DNA of 64,000 nt. Origin: Acidobacteriota bacterium (lineage in GTDB: Bacteria > Acidobacteriota > UBA890 > WLXD01). The notes under the pieces are model-generated. The model had not been told where the DNA came from, did not search any database, and saw only the letters and a list, made by a program, of their open reading frames with translations. Each line of letters opens with the position of its first letter. The stretch's first letter is position 1. The stretch spans positions 4,608,001 through 4,672,000 of the forward strand of contig CBDFKD010000002.1 in NCBI GenBank assembly GCA_965248695.1, written 5' to 3'. Shown one piece after another: positions 1 through 9,930 of this stretch. The position numbers and the translations under genes are program-made.

Positions 1-621
1 AGTTGCTCATGTTGTTGCCGGGCCCCCAGTCGGCCAGGACCACGTCGAGGTCGCCGTCGCCGTTTGCGTCGCCGAGCTCGAGGTCGCCGACGCTGGTAGG
101 CCCCTGCGGTAGGTGCGTTGCCGTCACCTCCCGGAAGGTCGCCTGCGGACCGCCCAGGTACAGGCGACTTTGGCTCTGGAATGTCGTGCCGACCAGGATG
201 TCCGCCAAACCGTCGCGGTTGATGTCGCGGACCTTGATCACACGCGCATGGTCTGCCCGCGGGCCGAATACCTGCTCCGTGGCCTCCTCGAACATCTGGT
301 CGGGTCCGCGGTTGAGGAATACCCGGTTCGGCTCGGGCTCTCCGGGCTCCGAATAATCGCAAACAGGATGTCCACCCGACCGTCGCCGTCGACATCGGCG
401 AGCTCGACACGATTCGTCCACTCGGCCGTTGGCGGCAAGAACCTGTCTGTCGCTTCAACCCACAGCGCTCGTGGCAAGCCGTCGTTGGGGCTCGATTCGG
501 AAGGTGGCTGGCGATCCGCGCCACCGCAGCCGACCATCGAGCCGGTGCACAGAAGGGCGAGGAGCCAGGCGGTGAAGCCTGGCCCTGCTATCGCCTGACG
601 AGCTACTCCGGCGTCCCGCAT
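1..621 (-). CDS. FG-GAP/VCBS-repeat (lipo)protein; 3' end outside the window; frameshift near 355
   Basis: Signal-like N-terminus, then ADVDGDGRVDILFA. A second frame continues DYSEPGEPEPNRVFLN...RDINRDGLADILVG...GDANGDGDLDVVLA (repeated DxDxDG motifs). Confidence 0.8.
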
Positions 622-2162
622 GCGAAGCTTGCGGCGTCGTCGGGGTCACCGCCGCCGTTGTAGACGGCGACCTGCGGATAGGCGCACAGCGGTCTGGACA
701 GTGTCATCTGGCCCTCGGCGTTGAACTTCTGGGCCAGCAGCTGTTCCGGTGCCTGTCCGTCCTCCACCCATGAGGTGATCGCCGACAGGTAGTCGACTTG
801 ATCCGGCCCCGGACCAGCACCGCAGTGCAGTACGCCTGGGGCGAGGAACAAACGTGAGTAGTCCCGCACGTGCGGATCGCCGGCCTGGACGGCCTCGTAG
901 TAGCCGATCGTCCCCAGGGCGGTGAGCGCCGGGTCCGACCAGCCGTGCCAGAAGAGCAGCTTACCGCCGGAGTCACGGAGTCCGCTCAGATCCGTCTCGA
1001 GGGCGCTCAGGAGCTGGTCGGCGGCGGCGATGTCATGGTCCCAGTTGGCGAAGTCGTAGTCGCTGTAGTCGAAATCCGGGTCGTCGAAGATCAAGTACTT
1101 GAACATCTCGGTGCCGAAGGCCCAGTGCAGGTTGGGAACCCCGGGGCCGAGGGCGTCCTGGCCACCGGTGATCCAGGTGTCCCAGCCGCCGCGGTCGTTC
1201 TCGCCGCCGAACGGGAATCCGGGAAAGACCTGTTGCCCGTCGACGACGGGTCCGTCGTAGATCGCCTGCACCGCGTCGAGCTGTGCCTCGGTGAGGCAGG
1301 ACGAATCCGCAGGTCCGGAGCACTGCAGCTCGGCGGGATCGAAATCGCAGGAGCGCGGATCGGTGAGCACGCCGTCTTCGACGCCGTCGGCAGCGTCGCA
1401 ACGGCCGAGGGTCTCTCGCTCCAGGAGCGCGCGATTCTCGTCCGTGATGACGGGCTCCGAGAGATTCTCGGCGTCTGGGAAGACGCGTTGCTCGATTTGC
1501 ACGAACTGCGTCCCGACTCGGGGCCAGCTGAATGCCGGAGCCCTGGCGACGATACCGTCGTAGTCATCCGGGTACCGCTGCGCCTCGATCATCGCCTGGC
1601 CGCCACCGCGCGAGCAGCCGATGAAGTAGGAGTACTCGATCGGTGCAGCGTAGTAGTCCTCGATGATCTCCTTGGCCGCCTCGGTGGTTCGGTGAACCGC
1701 CCGGTGGGCGAAGTTGATCTCGGCCTCGTCGTCGTCGAGAGCCCAACTGGCGTCGATACCGGTACCGGTGTGGCCGGTGTCGGTGCCGACGGTGGCGAAG
1801 CCGCGCTCCAGGGCGTTGCCACCCGGCGACGGTTCCAGCGCCGAGTTCTGCACCGAACCGACGAATCCGCCACCGCCGCCCATCACGAAGCGCTCGTTCC
1901 AGTGCGCGGCGGTCGGCAGCAGGAGCTCGAATCCGATCGTCCCGTCGATCGTTCCGGCAACCTTGCAGTGCTCCACCGGGTTGCTGGCGCTCGTAGCCTC
2001 CTCGACGCTGTCGACCGCGATACCGTCGCCGGCCCAGGCACTGAGATCCGAGCACGCCAGGGGAGGAGCTGTTCTTGTGGCGGTTCCACAAGCGGCAAGG
2101 ATGACGATCAGCGGTACTATGACCGCCCTCGCCAATGGGGTGCGTCCCGGTTGGCTGATCAT
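603..2162 (-). CDS. Tannase/feruloyl esterase family alpha/beta hydrolase, lipoprotein
   Basis: Lipobox LAAC; GGGGFVG; GCSRGG nucleophile motif; HGWSD and HCG (CS-D-HC motif); C-terminal RPLCAYP. Confidence 0.9.
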   Translation of the reverse strand: MISQPGRTPLARAVIVPLIVILAACGTATRTAPPLACSDLSAWAGDGIAVDSVEEATSASNPVEHCKVAGTIDGTIGFELLLPTAAHWNERFVMGGGGGFVGSVQNSALEPSPGGNALERGFATVGTDTGHTGTGIDASWALDDDEAEINFAHRAVHRTTEAAKEIIEDYYAAPIEYSYFIGCSRGGGQAMIEAQRYPDDYDGIVARAPAFSWPRVGTQFVQIEQRVFPDAENLSEPVITDENRALLERETLGRCDAADGVEDGVLTDPRSCDFDPAELQCSGPADSSCLTEAQLDAVQAIYDGPVVDGQQVFPGFPFGGENDRGGWDTWITGGQDALGPGVPNLHWAFGTEMFKYLIFDDPDFDYSDYDFANWDHDIAAADQLLSALETDLSGLRDSGGKLLFWHGWSDPALTALGTIGYYEAVQAGDPHVRDYSRLFLAPGVLHCGAGPGPDQVDYLSAITSWVEDGQAPEQLLAQKFNAEGQMTLSRPLCAYPQVAVYNGGGDPDDAASFACGTPE

Positions 2163-2719
2163 GAGGTCTCCGATGTGCTGCCGGAAGCGTCGCTAGCGGT
2201 CCGCTTCCATACCAGCACGCTCACCGAACCGCCGGTAGTGTCCGGATCGGGAGCGGTGCTCAGGGTGATCAGGTCAGGGCCGTTGAACTCGAACGCCCGC
2301 GGGCGCCGTGATCCCACCCAGCGTGGCAGCAGCGCCCCCTCGACATGGTGGGTCACGACGTTCTGTTCCAGATCCACCGTGTAGGTGCCGTAGTACGAGA
2401 AAAAGCCTCCGAGGACATCCTGGGCTGTGAGCGATTCTTGGTCGGCAAACTCTCGACCGGGCCGCATCAGCTGAGCCGACATGCGTCCATCGGCGGTGTA
2501 CACGATCTGACCCGCTGCGTCCGGCCCGTAGGGATGGGTCACTGTGCCATCGGCGGCGGTGCGCTCCCAGGAGACCAGAGTCCAGGCTCCGACGAGTGGA
2601 TCAGTGCTCCTGGCCGGCGGCGGTGCCTCTGCGGTCGTGCAGGCGGTCATGGAGGCGACGAGCGCGACTACGAGGGTCGCGTGTTGCAGTGCGGGCCGGA
2701 CATGGGGACCAAAGCGCAT
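2159..2719 (-). CDS. Lipocalin-like domain lipoprotein
   Basis: MTAC lipobox; LVGAWTLVSW, GQIVYTADGRMSAQ, SYYGTYTVD, LVWKR typical of the Lipocalin_5 family; 4-nt overlap with the tannase gene. Confidence 0.8.
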   Translation of the reverse strand: MRFGPHVRPALQHATLVVALVASMTACTTAEAPPPARSTDPLVGAWTLVSWERTAADGTVTHPYGPDAAGQIVYTADGRMSAQLMRPGREFADQESLTAQDVLGGFFSYYGTYTVDLEQNVVTHHVEGALLPRWVGSRRPRAFEFNGPDLITLSTAPDPDTTGGSVSVLVWKRTASDASGSTSETS

Positions 2720-2804
2720 CGGCTTCTCCAGGTCGAAGGGTGCCCGAGGATGTTCCACCGGTCGGTGCGCGGTCAACGGATGCACCCGGATCGGCTCCCA
2801 CCCG

Positions 2805-4106
2805 TCAGGCCGGCTCGAGCCCACACCATTCGGCGATGAACAGCGCGATCGTGCCGGTGATCTGTCGTGCCGACGCCAGGCTGACGCGTTCATCGAACGC
2901 GTGGATGTTCTCGGAACGCGGACCGTAGACCAGACACGGGCAATCGTCATAGAGCACGAACACACGCCCGTCGAGGTAGCCGGGTGTGACGACGCTCTCC
3001 AATGCCGCCCCGAAGGCCCTGAGATGCGCGCCCGCCAGGGTCCGTTCGGCATCGGAGCCTTCGTCCAGCACATAGCCCTCGGCGAGGAATCCGTTGAATT
3101 CGACCTCGGGCACGTTGCTGGCAAGAAACGGGTCGTCGCGTGCCGCGACCGCGACCGCTTCCTCGATCTCGCGCGCAGCCTCGTGCGGGTTCGTGCCGGG
3201 GAAGATCGCGATGCGGCAATCGAACTCGCACCACGCCGGTACCGACGAGGCCCAATCGCCGCCACGGATCTTGCCGACGTTGAAGTTGATCGGGTGTTCC
3301 AACTCCTCGAAGTGCCGACGACCGGTCTTGCGGGTGTTCCACTTCGCCTCGAGCTCGCGCAACGCCCGGATCAGTCGGAACGACGCCTCGATCGCGTTCG
3401 TGCCGCTGCCGGCATCGCGGACGTGCACCGGGCGCCCGCGTACGGTCACCCGGAACCAGATCACACCGACGTTGGCGCGTACCAGCTTGTCGTCCTCCGG
3501 CTCGGGAATGATCGCGGCTTCGGCTCGGTATCCTCGTACCAGCGCCGACAGGGCGCCGTTGCCGGTGCACTCCTCTTCGGTGACCGACTGGACGTGGACG
3601 GTGGCGGCTGGCTTGTAGCCGAGAGCCCGCAGCGCGTCGAGCGCGCCGATGTTCGCCGCCAGCCCCGCCTTCATGTCGGCCCCGCCGCGACCGTAGAGCC
3701 AGTCGCCGTCGATCCAGGGGTCGAACGGTGGCCGCGTCCACATCTCGGTCGGTCCGGTGGGCACAACGTCGACGTGACCGTTGAGAATCAGCGAGCGTCC
3801 GGTCTCGGCTCTCGGTTCATGTGTTCCCACCACGTTGATGGCGTTGTCGTAGTCGACCTTGACGGGGGAGAAACCCGGATGCTGCTCGATGTCGGCGACA
3901 TCGATCGCCCAGCGGTCCATGGTCAGCCCGCGCTCGCTAAGTTCCCGGAAGATGAAGTCCTGGCAGGTGTGCTCCAGGCCGCGCAACGACGGGTAGCGGA
4001 TCAGGTCCTGTGTCAGCGCGGTCTGGGCCTCGAAGCCGGCGTCGACGGCGACGAGGATATCGTCGGCGAGTTGGTCGTCGATACTCGAGGGAGTCGCGTC
4101 GCTCAA
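2805..4106 (-). CDS. ArgE/DapE-family M20 deacylase
   Basis: LNGHVDVVP, YGRGGADMK, EEE, IHAFDE metal ligands; TTG start with AGGAAGG RBS. Confidence 0.9.
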   Translation of the reverse strand: MSDATPSSIDDQLADDILVAVDAGFEAQTALTQDLIRYPSLRGLEHTCQDFIFRELSERGLTMDRWAIDVADIEQHPGFSPVKVDYDNAINVVGTHEPRAETGRSLILNGHVDVVPTGPTEMWTRPPFDPWIDGDWLYGRGGADMKAGLAANIGALDALRALGYKPAATVHVQSVTEEECTGNGALSALVRGYRAEAAIIPEPEDDKLVRANVGVIWFRVTVRGRPVHVRDAGSGTNAIEASFRLIRALRELEAKWNTRKTGRRHFEELEHPINFNVGKIRGGDWASSVPAWCEFDCRIAIFPGTNPHEAAREIEEAVAVAARDDPFLASNVPEVEFNGFLAEGYVLDEGSDAERTLAGAHLRAFGAALESVVTPGYLDGRVFVLYDDCPCLVYGPRSENIHAFDERVSLASARQITGTIALFIAEWCGLEPA

Positions 4107-4128
4107 TGTGCATCCTTCCTCGGGCCCC

Positions 4129-5136
4129 TCATGACAAGTCCCGCCTGACCGGCAGCGTGATACAGCGAATGGCCCCGCCCCAGAAGCCGATCGCATCGCA
4201 TGGGGTCGGAATCGGCTCGATACCGTGGCTGTCGAGCGCCTCCATGATGCGACCGAAGCGCGGGTTGATCATGTAGTGGCTGTCGTCGAGGCTGACGCCG
4301 ACGGTAGCGTGGCCGTCCATCTCCTCCCGCGTGATCTCCAGCACGTCCCAATCCTTCAGCGGTTGCGGTAGGCCCTCCGCGAGGGCTGGCAGATGGGCCA
4401 TCAATAAGCCCTCCCGCAGCAGACACATGACGCCGAGCGCATGCAGTATCGGGCCCTTGATTGGCATGGGGTGAACGGTGTACCCGAAGCGCCCCAGGTA
4501 GCGGCCGAGCCACGCCCCGCCGGCGCGGTCGGAGCACAGATCGCCGACGCCGACTACGACATCCTGGCCGTGGATCAGGATGTCGCCGCCCTCCAAGAAC
4601 GGCCCCGGCCCCTCGTCGGACGGCGTCCACGGGCCCGACTGCGGCATCGCGACATAGTGCGCCTCCGGGTCCGCCTCGATCATCGGCAAGATCAAGTCGC
4701 GGAGGGGAAAGATCTCCTTGCGCCGATAGGCGCGTCGGATCGAAACCTCGATGTAGTGCTTACCGAGGACGAACACCGGGTCGGCGACGTAGAGCTGCGA
4801 ATGGCCAGGCTGCAGTTGGTCGAGGTAGCTCGTCTCTTCCGGTGTGTAGGGCCGTACGCGATGGACGATCACTCCGAAGCGCTCGTAGGTCGCGGCGATG
4901 CCCTCCATCTGCTCGACGGTCGTCTGCCAGCGTCCGGGAAAGGTCGCCTTGATGTCGAGCGGCTGACCGCCGTTGGCGATCAGGGCCGCTCGCAGCTCCT
5001 CGTTGTAATGGCTGAGGTCCTTGGAGAACGGCGGCAGGGTCAATCCGTCGGCACGACCGACCACGACCTCGCGCAGCTTGCCGAACTCGCTGTGGGAGCC
5101 GAAGAGCTGTTCCTGCGAGTCAGCGCCTGGTGTCAT
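4129..5136 (-). CDS. Amidinotransferase / arginine-deiminase (pentein) superfamily protein
   Basis: SHSEFGKLREVVVG N-terminus, LEGGD, C-terminal GGAIRCITLP with catalytic Cys. Confidence 0.8.
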   Translation of the reverse strand: MTPGADSQEQLFGSHSEFGKLREVVVGRADGLTLPPFSKDLSHYNEELRAALIANGGQPLDIKATFPGRWQTTVEQMEGIAATYERFGVIVHRVRPYTPEETSYLDQLQPGHSQLYVADPVFVLGKHYIEVSIRRAYRRKEIFPLRDLILPMIEADPEAHYVAMPQSGPWTPSDEGPGPFLEGGDILIHGQDVVVGVGDLCSDRAGGAWLGRYLGRFGYTVHPMPIKGPILHALGVMCLLREGLLMAHLPALAEGLPQPLKDWDVLEITREEMDGHATVGVSLDDSHYMINPRFGRIMEALDSHGIEPIPTPCDAIGFWGGAIRCITLPVRRDLS

Positions 5137-5147
5137 GCGGTCTCCGT

Positions 5148-5170
5148 GATCATCTGTTACAGGCCACTAG
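5148..5170 (-). mobile_element. Solo terminal inverted repeat identical to the end of the MITE at 61338-61903
   Basis: GATCATCTGTTACAGGCCACTAG is an exact 23-bp match to 61881-61903. Confidence 0.85.
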
Positions 5171-5219
5171 CCAGGCAAATGAACGCCATCAGGACGGTGG
5201 GCGCAAGTGCCACACATCG

Positions 5220-5796
5220 TCGCGGTTCGGGGTAAGATCGGCGGCCACCCTACGGTTTAGCCATCGGGGATACTACAGCCAGGACGATCTTCATCGATGC
5301 GCACGAGACTCAGACAACCGATTGCGTTGCTGGCGCTGGTCGCGCTGCTTCCGTGGAGTTGACCAAGAACCGCGCCTATAGAACGGTGCCGATATCGCCG
5401 GCAGTGCTCGCACGTCTACGCCACCATCGCGCCGAGCAGGAGCGTGCCGCGTTGCGAGTCGGCGGCAAGCCTCCTGAGTGGGTATTCGCCACCTCTCGCG
5501 GCAACCCCATCGGTACGGGGCAGTACCGATGGGAGATTTGGAAGAAGCGCCTCTTACGACGCTCGGGCGTACCGGACTACGGACTGCACGGGTTTCGGCA
5601 TACGTGGGCGAGCCATGCGCTCAAATCCATGAACCGGGGGGAAGTGTCACGTCGGCCGGGCCATTCGGAGGCCAAGACAACCGAGCTGTACAGCCACTTC
5701 ATCGAGGATGCAACCACGTCGGTGCCGTTCAGTCCGCTGGCCGATTCTGGGGCCAATCTGCACCCCCCGCGCACCCAGTCGAAAATCGAGGATTAG
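5220..5796 (+). pseudogene. Tyrosine recombinase/integrase C-terminal remnant
   Basis: TKNRAYRTVPIS, LHGFRHTWAS (HxxR), GHS, LYSH (catalytic Tyr); N-terminal domains and an intact first Arg motif are absent. Confidence 0.8.
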
Positions 5797-5855
5797 TAAT
5801 CCTAGTAGAATCAGCATGATAGAAGAATTTCCATCACTACGGCGGATAGACACGC

Positions 5856-7079
5856 ATGAAGCTCGACGAAAGCGAGCTCATATACGACTGGAACCGGACA
5901 CAGGACCGGGCGCCGGCGGGTGCGGTCGAGTTCAACGACGAGACCCTGCGCGATGGATTGCAGTCGCCGTCGGTCATCGATCCGGCGATCGACACGAAGC
6001 TCCGGATCTTGCATTTGATCGCCAGCCTCGGGATCCGCGGTGCCAACCTCGGGCTGCCGGCCGCTTCGCAACGGCAGCGCGACGACGTCAAGCGCCTGGC
6101 GCAGGAGATCCGCGATCAGCGCCTGGAGGTGCAGCCGAACTGCGCCGCGCGCACCGCGATTGTCGACATCGAGCCGATCTGCGACATCGCCGACGAGGTC
6201 GGTATTCCCATCGAAGTAGCTTGCTTCATCGGCTCCAGCCCGATCCGGCAGTTCGCCGAGGATTGGGGGCTGGACCGCATGCTGGAGCGCACTGCTGAGG
6301 CGGTCGGCTACGCCACCGGCAGGGGACAGCCAGTGATGTACGTCACCGAGGACACCACCAGGTCGCACCCGGAAGCGATTCGGGCGCTTTACACGGCGGC
6401 GATCGAACACGGCGCCAGGCGGATCTGCGTCTGCGACACCGTGGGGCACGTGACGCCGCGTGGAGTGAAGGCGTTGCTGCAGTTCGTCCGGCAGGTCGTC
6501 GACGACACCGGTGAGGCAGTACAGGTTGACTGGCACGGTCACCGCGACCGAGCGCTGGACGTGGCCAACACCATGGCGGCGATCGAGGCCGGTGCGGATC
6601 GGGTTCACGGCACGGCACTGGGGATCGGTGAGCGCTCGGGCAACACGCCCATGGACCTGGTGCTGGTGAACTGTGCCCTCGAAGGCCTCATCGACAACGA
6701 TCTCTCCACGCTCGGCAAGTACTGTGAGCTCGTGTCCAAGGCGACCGGCCGGCCGATCCCGGACAACTACCCGGTGGTCGGGCCCGATGCGTTCCGCACC
6801 GCCACCGGGGTACACGCTTCGGCGGTGATCAAGGCGCAAGCGAAGGGCGATGCGTGGCTCGCCGACCGTGTCTATTCAGGCGTCCCGGCAAGCCTGGTGG
6901 GGCGGCGGCAGCAGATCGACATCGGCCCGATGAGCGGCGCTTCGAACGCCGTTTGCTGGCTCAAGCACTTCCACATCGATCCCACCGAGGAGCGCGTCGC
7001 CGCGCTGATCGAGGCGGCGAAGGAATCTGATCACGTGCTGTCGCAGGACGAGATCCTCGGCGTCCTGGCGAGCTGCTGA
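5856..7079 (+). CDS. 2-isopropylmalate synthase-like (LeuA/DRE-TIM) protein lacking the C-terminal regulatory domain
   Basis: DETLRDGLQ, HGHRD, GIGERSGN, TATGVHASA; only 407 aa. Confidence 0.85.
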   Translation: MKLDESELIYDWNRTQDRAPAGAVEFNDETLRDGLQSPSVIDPAIDTKLRILHLIASLGIRGANLGLPAASQRQRDDVKRLAQEIRDQRLEVQPNCAARTAIVDIEPICDIADEVGIPIEVACFIGSSPIRQFAEDWGLDRMLERTAEAVGYATGRGQPVMYVTEDTTRSHPEAIRALYTAAIEHGARRICVCDTVGHVTPRGVKALLQFVRQVVDDTGEAVQVDWHGHRDRALDVANTMAAIEAGADRVHGTALGIGERSGNTPMDLVLVNCALEGLIDNDLSTLGKYCELVSKATGRPIPDNYPVVGPDAFRTATGVHASAVIKAQAKGDAWLADRVYSGVPASLVGRRQQIDIGPMSGASNAVCWLKHFHIDPTEERVAALIEAAKESDHVLSQDEILGVLASC

Positions 7080-7084
7080 GGTAG

Positions 7085-8119
7085 TCAGAAGCTCAGATCG
7101 ATGGTCACCGGGATCAGGGTGAACGAGCTCACGAAGACGAGGAACGCCAGCACCAGCAGCAGCGACCGCGTCAAGCCGAGGGTCCCCTCGAAGCTCAACG
7201 GGCGCGGATGATGCGTTCCCAGCACGAACAACACCAGGAACGCGAACACCAACCAACCACTGAAGTAGCGGAAACCGGCGAACACCATCGCCACCACCAC
7301 GAGCAGCGATATTGCCCGGTGTAGGCGGGGCGTGATCGCATACAGCAGGTGTCCACCGTCCAGCTGACCTACAGGCAGCAGGTTCATGGCGGTCACCAGC
7401 AACGCGAACCAGCCAACGAACGCCAACGGGTGCGCCAGCAGAGTCTGCGCCGGGCCCAGCGGTGGCGCAAATAGGATGCTCAGCGGGGCCCAGATCAGCG
7501 GTTCCCCCATCGAGATCGTTCCGGCGCCGAGATCCTGCAGGTCCACCACCCGTGATTGCGCCAGCCCCACTGCCAGAATAGGCAGCGCCGCGGCGAAGCC
7601 GGCGAGCGGTCCGGCGATGGCTACGTCGAACAGCGCCCGGCGACTCTTGATCGGCGCCACGATCCTGATAACTGCGCCCATCGTTCCGGGGAGCAGCACC
7701 AGCCCGGGGACGGGCGGAATGGGAATGAAGTAGGGCAGGGTGGCGGCTATGCCGTAGTACCGACAGGCCAGGTAGTGCCCCATCTCGTGCGCCAGCAGGA
7801 ACGCGACAACGGCGAGGCCGTACGGCAGACCTGCGAGCCAGAGCAAGGGCTCAGAGAAGGGATTGAGGGTGATCAGATCGTCCAGATAGTAGGCCTGATA
7901 CTGGATGAATCCCCAGTAGCTGGTTGTCAGGATGGTGAGAACGAACAGCACCGTATGACGCCGGCTGCGCACCGGCCACAGGGGAGCAAGCTCGCCTTCC
8001 TGAGCGGTGCTCGCACCGTACGGGCTCGCTGCGATCGATGCGTGAGGAGCTTCGGGCGGTGGCCAGTCGGAGGAGGGCCAGGGGCCCGAGGACGGAGAGG
8101 AGGTGTCGTCGAGGCTCAT
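7085..8119 (-). CDS. Site-2 protease (M50) membrane metalloprotease
   Basis: AHEMGH (HExxH), AIAGPLAG, NLLPVGQLDGGH; multiple TM segments. Confidence 0.92.
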   Translation of the reverse strand: MSLDDTSSPSSGPWPSSDWPPPEAPHASIAASPYGASTAQEGELAPLWPVRSRRHTVLFVLTILTTSYWGFIQYQAYYLDDLITLNPFSEPLLWLAGLPYGLAVVAFLLAHEMGHYLACRYYGIAATLPYFIPIPPVPGLVLLPGTMGAVIRIVAPIKSRRALFDVAIAGPLAGFAAALPILAVGLAQSRVVDLQDLGAGTISMGEPLIWAPLSILFAPPLGPAQTLLAHPLAFVGWFALLVTAMNLLPVGQLDGGHLLYAITPRLHRAISLLVVVAMVFAGFRYFSGWLVFAFLVLFVLGTHHPRPLSFEGTLGLTRSLLLVLAFLVFVSSFTLIPVTIDLSF

Positions 8120-8150
8120 CTAGCGGATAACCCGGTGCAGGGGGCGCGAG

Positions 8151-8429
8151 TCAGAGGTCGGCGGGGAGGTTCGAGAGGTGCTTTCCGGGCTTGAAGCGTG
8201 TCGTCTTGCCGGAGGGGATGGCGACCTCTTCGCCGGTCCGCGGGTTGCGCCCGATACCGCTCTTGCGCGGCCGCACATCGAACACCCCGAATCCACGCAG
8301 CTCGATCCGTTCGCCGCGGGCGAGCGCGTCCTTCACTGTCTGCAGGATGCGGTCGACAGCGCGCTCGGCCTGGATCTTGGGGATGCCGGTAGCGGCGGCA
8401 ACGCGCTCGACGATATCTGCCTTGATCAT
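8151..8429 (-). CDS. HU/IHF family DNA-binding protein
   Basis: IELRGFGVF, GRNPRTGEEVAIP, RFKPGK. Confidence 0.95.
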   Translation of the reverse strand: MIKADIVERVAAATGIPKIQAERAVDRILQTVKDALARGERIELRGFGVFDVRPRKSGIGRNPRTGEEVAIPSGKTTRFKPGKHLSNLPADL

Positions 8430-8528
8430 GCAGCGTTCGGGGTCGAGTGGAGCGTTTCGAGTGAAGGAAGTCGAAGCTTAGCATAGTCTTTACGGCCTGC
8501 TGCGGACGCCGCTCCCGAGCCCCGGACC

Positions 8529-9890
8529 ATGCCCGAAGACCGCTTGCCCGAAGTCGTGATCGTCGGCCGTCCGAACGTCGGCAAGTCGACCCTGTTCAAT
8601 CGCATCATCGGGCGCCGGCAGGCGATTGTCGGCGCCGAGCGGGGCCTGACCCGCGACCGGCACATCGCCCCTGCCGAGTGGGCCGCGCGCCACTTCCTGC
8701 TGAGCGATACCGGGGGAGTGGAGTGGGAGTCCGCCGACGAGCTGCTCCGCAAGATCCAGGACCATGCGCTGTACGCGGTGGAGGACGCCGACGTGGTGCT
8801 GTTTCTGGTCGATGTTCGCGAGGGCATGGTGCCGATCGAGGCACGGATCGTCATGGAGCTTCGCCGCCGTGGCATTCCGATGTTGCTGGTGGTCAACAAG
8901 TGCGACACGGCGGAGATCGCCGCATCGCGCACATCGGAGTTCCACGAGCTCGGTGTCCAACCGGTGTTCGCCGTTGCCGCCGAACACGGCGACGGTGTCG
9001 CCGACCTGCTCGACGCCGTTGTCGCCGGGCTGCCGGAGTCCGAGGCGGAGCCCGACGCGTTGCCTGACGGAACGGTCAGGGTAGCGGTCGTCGGGCGACC
9101 CAACGTCGGCAAATCGTCGCTGGTGAACGCCATGCTGGGGCAGGAGCGCGTCGTTGTCAGCGAGGTCTCCGGCACGACGCGCGATGCGATCGACACGCTG
9201 ATGTTTCGCGATGAGCGCCCCTATCTGCTGATCGATACGGCCGGCATTCGCCGCGGCGGGCGGCGTGAGGGGTTTGCCGAGATGGTGAGCGTGACCATTG
9301 CTCGGCGCCGCATGCGACGTGCCGACGTGGCGCTGCTCGTGGTCGACGCAACCGTCGGGCTGACGCGCCAGGACGTCACCATCGCCGCCGAGGCCGGTGG
9401 CTCAGGATGTGCTGTCGTCGTGGTGGTCAACAAGTGGGACCTCATCACTGCCCAGAAGGGTCAGGCCCAGGCCTGGCAGGCAGAGCTGCAGGACCGAATG
9501 GGGAGAATCGGGTTCGCCGAGATCGCTTTCACGTCGGCCAAGACCGGCCGCGCTGTCGACAGCCTGTTCGGCAGGATCGACCGCGTGCAGGGAAACCGCA
9601 TGCGGCGTGTTCCGACCGCTGCCCTTAACGCCCTGTTCGATCGTCTGGAGCAGCGCGGAGTACAGGGCCCGCCGGGCTCCCCGCAGCTGAAGTACCTCAC
9701 CCAGGCCCGGGTCGGGCCACCGAGCTTCATCGTGTTCGTCAGCGGTGGGCGCCGCAAGCTCCCGGACAACTTCACACGCTACCTGGAGAACCGCTTGCGC
9801 GCCGCCTTCGATTTCGGCGGCACGCCGGTACGGGTGTGGGTGCGGCGGCGCCAGAAGCGCGGCCGGGAGGGCGCCGAAGGTGGGCTATAA
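8529..9890 (+). CDS. der: Ribosome biogenesis GTPase Der (EngA)
   Basis: Two G domains (GRPNVGKS x2, DTGG/DTAG, NKCD/NKWD) plus KH-like tail YLENRLR..FGGTP. Confidence 0.97.
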   Translation: MPEDRLPEVVIVGRPNVGKSTLFNRIIGRRQAIVGAERGLTRDRHIAPAEWAARHFLLSDTGGVEWESADELLRKIQDHALYAVEDADVVLFLVDVREGMVPIEARIVMELRRRGIPMLLVVNKCDTAEIAASRTSEFHELGVQPVFAVAAEHGDGVADLLDAVVAGLPESEAEPDALPDGTVRVAVVGRPNVGKSSLVNAMLGQERVVVSEVSGTTRDAIDTLMFRDERPYLLIDTAGIRRGGRREGFAEMVSVTIARRRMRRADVALLVVDATVGLTRQDVTIAAEAGGSGCAVVVVVNKWDLITAQKGQAQAWQAELQDRMGRIGFAEIAFTSAKTGRAVDSLFGRIDRVQGNRMRRVPTAALNALFDRLEQRGVQGPPGSPQLKYLTQARVGPPSFIVFVSGGRRKLPDNFTRYLENRLRAAFDFGGTPVRVWVRRRQKRGREGAEGGL

Positions 9891-9930
9891 TCGCATCGTC
9901 TCAGCGGCCTAGTTGCATCCCCAAGGCGCC

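Noticed and set aside
4129-5136. Amidinotransferase as part of the NRPS cluster
   Set aside because: It is separated from the NRPS by ~15 kb of core housekeeping genes; nothing in the sequence links them.
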